Shown here: positions 60,497 to 64,000 of the stretch, piece by piece
Layout of the letters: each line of letters begins with the position of its first letter
How positions within the stretch are numbered: position 1 is the stretch's first letter
Origin: Planctomycetota bacterium
Lineage (GTDB): Bacteria; Planctomycetota; UBA8108; SXIK01
Length of the DNA: 64,000 nucleotides
Reading direction: 5' to 3'
NCBI GenBank assembly: GCA_965223265.1
Contig: OZ244999.1
Coordinates: 3,648,001 to 3,712,000, forward strand
Made by a program: the position numbers and the translations under genes
The notes under the pieces: model-generated
The model's database searches: none
The model's input: only the letters and a program-made list of their open reading frames with translations
Told to the model about the DNA's origin: nothing

Positions 60497-61282
60497 ATGA
60501 CCGACCTCAAACGCCGTCTCGAAGTCGGCATCGCGGCCGCCACCGAGGCTGGCCGCGTGACACAACGTTACTTTCAAACGGAAATCGAAGTCGAATTGAA
60601 GGGCGACCGCTCGCCGGTGACCATCGCCGATCGCGAGGCCGAGTCGCTTTTGATCGACCGCCTGCGCGCGGCCTTCCCCGACGACTCGATACTGGGCGAG
60701 GAACACGGCGAGCAGCCAGGCACGTCGGGCTACCAGTGGATTCTGGATCCGATCGACGGCACCAAGTCATTCGTTCAAGGCGTGCCGCTCTACGGCGTCA
60801 TGGTGGGGCTCCTCGACCCGACGCGCGAGCCGGTATTGGGTGTAGTCGTGCTGCCAGGACTCGACGAAGTCGTCGCCGCGGCGCGCGGCCATGGCTGCCA
60901 CTGGAACGGTCGCGGAGCGCGCGTCTCCGAAGTGGACGAGTTGGACCAGGCCTGCCTCGTGTTCACCGACTTAGTCGGCTTCGACATGACAGCACGAAGA
61001 GAGGCCTTCGATCGCGTGCGCCAGCGCGTACGGGTCGTGCGAGGGTGGGGGGACTGTTACGGCCACATCTTGGTGGCGACGGGACGCGCGGAGGTCATGC
61101 TTGACCCGATTCTGTCGGTCTGGGACTGTGCTGCATTGCCGCCGATCTTGGCGGAAGCCGGAGGGCACTTCACGGACTGGCACGGTCGCACGACGGTCGA
61201 CGGGGAAAGCGGCATTTCAACCAACGCCCACCTCAACGCTGAAGTTCTCAAGCTGGTTCGGGAGCCGGCATCGGACCTATGA
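60497..61282 (+). CDS. hisN: histidinol-phosphatase (inositol monophosphatase family)
   Basis: SPVTIADREAE, ILGEE, WILDPIDGTKSF, RGWGDCYGH, WDCAAL. Confidence 0.88.
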   Translation: MTDLKRRLEVGIAAATEAGRVTQRYFQTEIEVELKGDRSPVTIADREAESLLIDRLRAAFPDDSILGEEHGEQPGTSGYQWILDPIDGTKSFVQGVPLYGVMVGLLDPTREPVLGVVVLPGLDEVVAAARGHGCHWNGRGARVSEVDELDQACLVFTDLVGFDMTARREAFDRVRQRVRVVRGWGDCYGHILVATGRAEVMLDPILSVWDCAALPPILAEAGGHFTDWHGRTTVDGESGISTNAHLNAEVLKLVREPASDL

Positions 61283-62574
61283 GCGGCTGGGATGCGGTGG
61301 CGCTGGTGGTCGCAGTTTTTTGGCTCGGGCTTCTCGCGAATCGCGGGCGCTCTTGGCCGCGTGAGCTCCGTCTACCGTCTCCAATCCCCAACAAGGCGAC
61401 TGAAACGATCGTGGAGACAACGACCGGCCCGGCAGCTCCGGGGCCTTCCTCACCGCAAGTAGCGGTGATCATCCCGGCACGCAATGAAGCGGACCAACTG
61501 CCGGATTCGCTGCCGCCGCTCTTGGGTCAAACGCAACACCTCGCCCAAGTCGTCTTGGTCGACGACAACTCGACCGATGGTACGGCCGCAACTGCGCAGC
61601 GCGTGGCTGCGTCGGTTGCAGGCGGTAAGGACAAGCTCAGGGTCGTCAAAGCACCGCCGCCCGCTGAGGGCTGGACCGGAAAGCTCCACGCGCTGCAATG
61701 CGGTTTGCTCGCCCTTGAAAGCCCGCCCACTCAGCCAGCGCCTCAGCGTCCCGACGAGACACTGCCGCAACCACTCGCAGGTAATCAGCACGACGAGAAA
61801 TCGTCTTCGAAACGAGACGCCTGGCTGCTTTTCACCGACGCCGACATCCTGCATCCCTCTGACTCGCTCGCACGCCTTCTCGAACAAGCTCGGCGCGGTG
61901 ACTATGACCTTGTTTCGGTGATGGTCCGCCTCCGCGCACAGACGTTTTGGGAGAAGGTATTGATCCCGCCGTTTGTCTATTTCTTCCAGCTCATGTATCC
62001 ATTTCGCAGCGTGGCCAACCCGCAATCACGCGTCGCTGCCGCGGCCGGCGGATGTATTCTGCTGCGTCGATCGGTCCTCGAAAGCAGCGGCGGGCTCGAA
62101 GCGATGAAGTCGGCCCTCATCGACGACGTTACCCTGGCACGCCGGATCAAGGACGCTGGGGGACGCTGTTGGCTCGGGCTTGAATCCGAGATGACTTCGC
62201 TCCGTGGCTACGATCGCCTCGGAGACATCGTCGACATGGTGGCGCGCACAGCGTTTACAGAGCTGCGCTATCGATACAGCGCGGTCATCGCCTGCTGGAC
62301 TATCCTCGGCCTCTTTTTCGTCGGCCCGCCGCTGCTGGCTCTGCTGGCAGCTCTTGCTGTCGCACCGTGGGCGGTTTTCCTAACGCTGTCCGCCTGGTGC
62401 ATCCAAGCCATCTCGCTGCGCCCGGTCGTGGCGCACCACGGCGTCGGCTCGTGGTTCAGCTTCACGCTGCCTCTCGCGTCGTTTCTCTACGCCTGCATGA
62501 CGACGATTTCGGCGTGGCGCCACTGGCGCGGCCGCGGCGTTCGCTGGCGAGACCGCATCCAGGCAACGAGTTAA
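61279..62574 (+). CDS. hpnB: family 2 glycosyltransferase, hopene-associated HpnB-like
   Basis: IIPARNEA, VDDNSTDGT, GWTGKLHA, FTDADI, LIPPFVYFFQLMYPF, AAAAGGCILL, LIDDVTLA, MVARTAFTELRY. Confidence 0.8.
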   Translation: MSGWDAVALVVAVFWLGLLANRGRSWPRELRLPSPIPNKATETIVETTTGPAAPGPSSPQVAVIIPARNEADQLPDSLPPLLGQTQHLAQVVLVDDNSTDGTAATAQRVAASVAGGKDKLRVVKAPPPAEGWTGKLHALQCGLLALESPPTQPAPQRPDETLPQPLAGNQHDEKSSSKRDAWLLFTDADILHPSDSLARLLEQARRGDYDLVSVMVRLRAQTFWEKVLIPPFVYFFQLMYPFRSVANPQSRVAAAAGGCILLRRSVLESSGGLEAMKSALIDDVTLARRIKDAGGRCWLGLESEMTSLRGYDRLGDIVDMVARTAFTELRYRYSAVIACWTILGLFFVGPPLLALLAALAVAPWAVFLTLSAWCIQAISLRPVVAHHGVGSWFSFTLPLASFLYACMTTISAWRHWRGRGVRWRDRIQATS

Positions 62575-62739
62575 CAGCCTGTTGAAAAAGCGCTTCGAGC
62601 TGAAAACTGGTCGCTTCGCGTCCAGATCAGCCGCGGCGAACGCAGGTAATCTCCGAGATTCTCGAGGCTCGCCGCGGCTGATCTGGGCGTGAAGAGGCCG
62701 GTTTCTCAGCCGAATGACTTTTTCAACGGGCTGTTAACT
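62569..62739 (+). mobile_element. full-length ~170-bp palindromic MITE/REP-like element
   Basis: 22-bp TIR agttaacagcctgttgaaaaag / ctttttcaacgggctgttaact (1 mismatch), TTAA at both ends, long internal inverted arms. Confidence 0.85.
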
Positions 62740-62800
62740 GAACTAGCAGCGCCAGGTATTCATTTCGAAGCCCCGAGCGCGACGAACCATGGCCGAGGCG

Positions 62801-63307
62801 TCAATCGCGCGCATTCCTGGAGTTGTTTTCCGCCTCCACCTGGCGCTGGCAGTCGACGCACAGTGCCGCGAATGGCAAAAACTCGAGCCGAGCGACCGCA
62901 ATCGGTTGGTCGCACGCCTCGCACACTCCATAGTTTCCGTGCTGGATCTTGTCGAGAGCTACATCGATCTGCTCGAGCGTGCTCGCGCTGAGATCAACCA
63001 AGGCGCAAACGGAGTCCATGTCGGCGCCGTCCGCGGACATCTCCTCGAGGTCGGCGAGGTGGTGGCGCTCATCCGAACGCAGCGCGTCCAATTGATTCGC
63101 CTGCTGTTGCTCAATACTGCGGCGACGTTCGAGCAAGCTGACTCGAATGCTCTCGATGGCAGCCGTATCGAAGCTGTCGCTACGCGGACGACTCGGATCA
63201 TCGTCGCCGCCTGCAGCTCCATTTCGTGAGGGACTCACCGTGTTGTCGGTTGCGATCTTGCCCGAAACACGGCGATCGCCGCCTGTACTTTGCGAATCTG
63301 GCGTCAT
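62801..63307 (-). CDS. TraR/DksA family C4 zinc-finger protein
   Basis: Coiled coil, IDVALDKIQHGNYGVCEACDQPIAVARLEFLPFAALCVDCQ. Confidence 0.9.
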   Translation of the reverse strand: MTPDSQSTGGDRRVSGKIATDNTVSPSRNGAAGGDDDPSRPRSDSFDTAAIESIRVSLLERRRSIEQQQANQLDALRSDERHHLADLEEMSADGADMDSVCALVDLSASTLEQIDVALDKIQHGNYGVCEACDQPIAVARLEFLPFAALCVDCQRQVEAENNSRNARD

Positions 63308-63400
63308 GCTTGCTTTCTATCTCGAGACGACGTGGAATTCGACTGTGACGCGGGTCGTCACCTTCAAAACGCGGAGCTGCGGCGGACGCGCTGAATACAT

Positions 63401-63471
63401 TCTGAAGTTGCAGTCTCTGAAGTTGCAGTCTCTGAAGTTGCAGTCGCTGAAGTCGTCGCTGAAGTTGCAGT
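63401..63471. repeat. tandem repeat, 15-bp unit x ~4.5
   Basis: tctgaagttgcagtc x3 plus two variant units, upstream of the dksA-like gene. Confidence 0.85.
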
Positions 63472-64000
63472 GAGTCGCAAACGGTAGAACGCTGACTCGC
63501 AACGATCAACTCTGCATTCTGCTCCAGGACTCAACAATTCTCGTTACGTTGATGAGGTTACCACTTGGGTCTTGATTCTGCACTCAGGTTCTTCTGACAA
63601 TCCGGACATCCGCGAATGTCCACCAATCGAATCACGATGACCGTCAAAACGCGCCGGCAAGCGCTGAAAAACGACGACTGTTTGGCTGCCAAGAAAGGAC
63701 TCGAACCGTGAAGATTCGGATGGTCTCAGCCTCGATGTCGTAGGCTTACGGCCACAGATCCCCGCGAATGCAGCCTTGACTCTGATTTTCCCTGGTGACA
63801 AGGATCGAGCTTCGATTCGCAGGATGGCTCTGATCGTTATCGGGTTGAGATCCCGGCCTGCCGTCGCTAGGCGAGAAAAATGGATGCAGAGACGATTGAC
63901 AACCCGCTCCTTCGCACGGGCCCGCAGCAGCTGCCGCGGTTTCGAGTTACCATGACCATCGCAGCAGACCTGACAGACGCTATCGGATGAATCGCCGCGC

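Overview
A 64-kb GC-rich chromosomal window, very probably from a Planctomycetota bacterium (DUF1501/DUF1549-DUF1553/PPC cluster, planctomycete-type dockerin-like C-termini, LpxI). Most of it is housekeeping or envelope DNA: tRNA-Leu(GAG), lpxI, aroK, pilD, a pilT-pilB-pilC-pilS-pilR type IV pilus block, queG, pdhA-pdhB-pdhC-lpdA, a fused E1, hisN, an hpnB-like glycosyltransferase and a DksA/TraR gene. Three things stand out. (1) A complete 6,684-bp Tn3-family transposon (33184-39867) has 38-bp terminal inverted repeats (TIRs) and a 5-bp ATATT target duplication. It uses a tyrosine recombinase (TnpI-type) rather than a serine resolvase, carries an array of XerC-arm-like binding motifs, and has an ECF sigma / anti-sigma / membrane-protein cargo. 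It inserted between a gene's stop codon and that gene's terminator. (2) A small secreted protein resembles the animal temptin domain but carries a CxxCH heme-c motif and a dockerin-like tail. (3) A dispersed family of ~170-bp palindromic MITE/REP-like elements has at least 4 clear and several degenerate copies. All product calls come from motif recognition by eye; no database searches were run.
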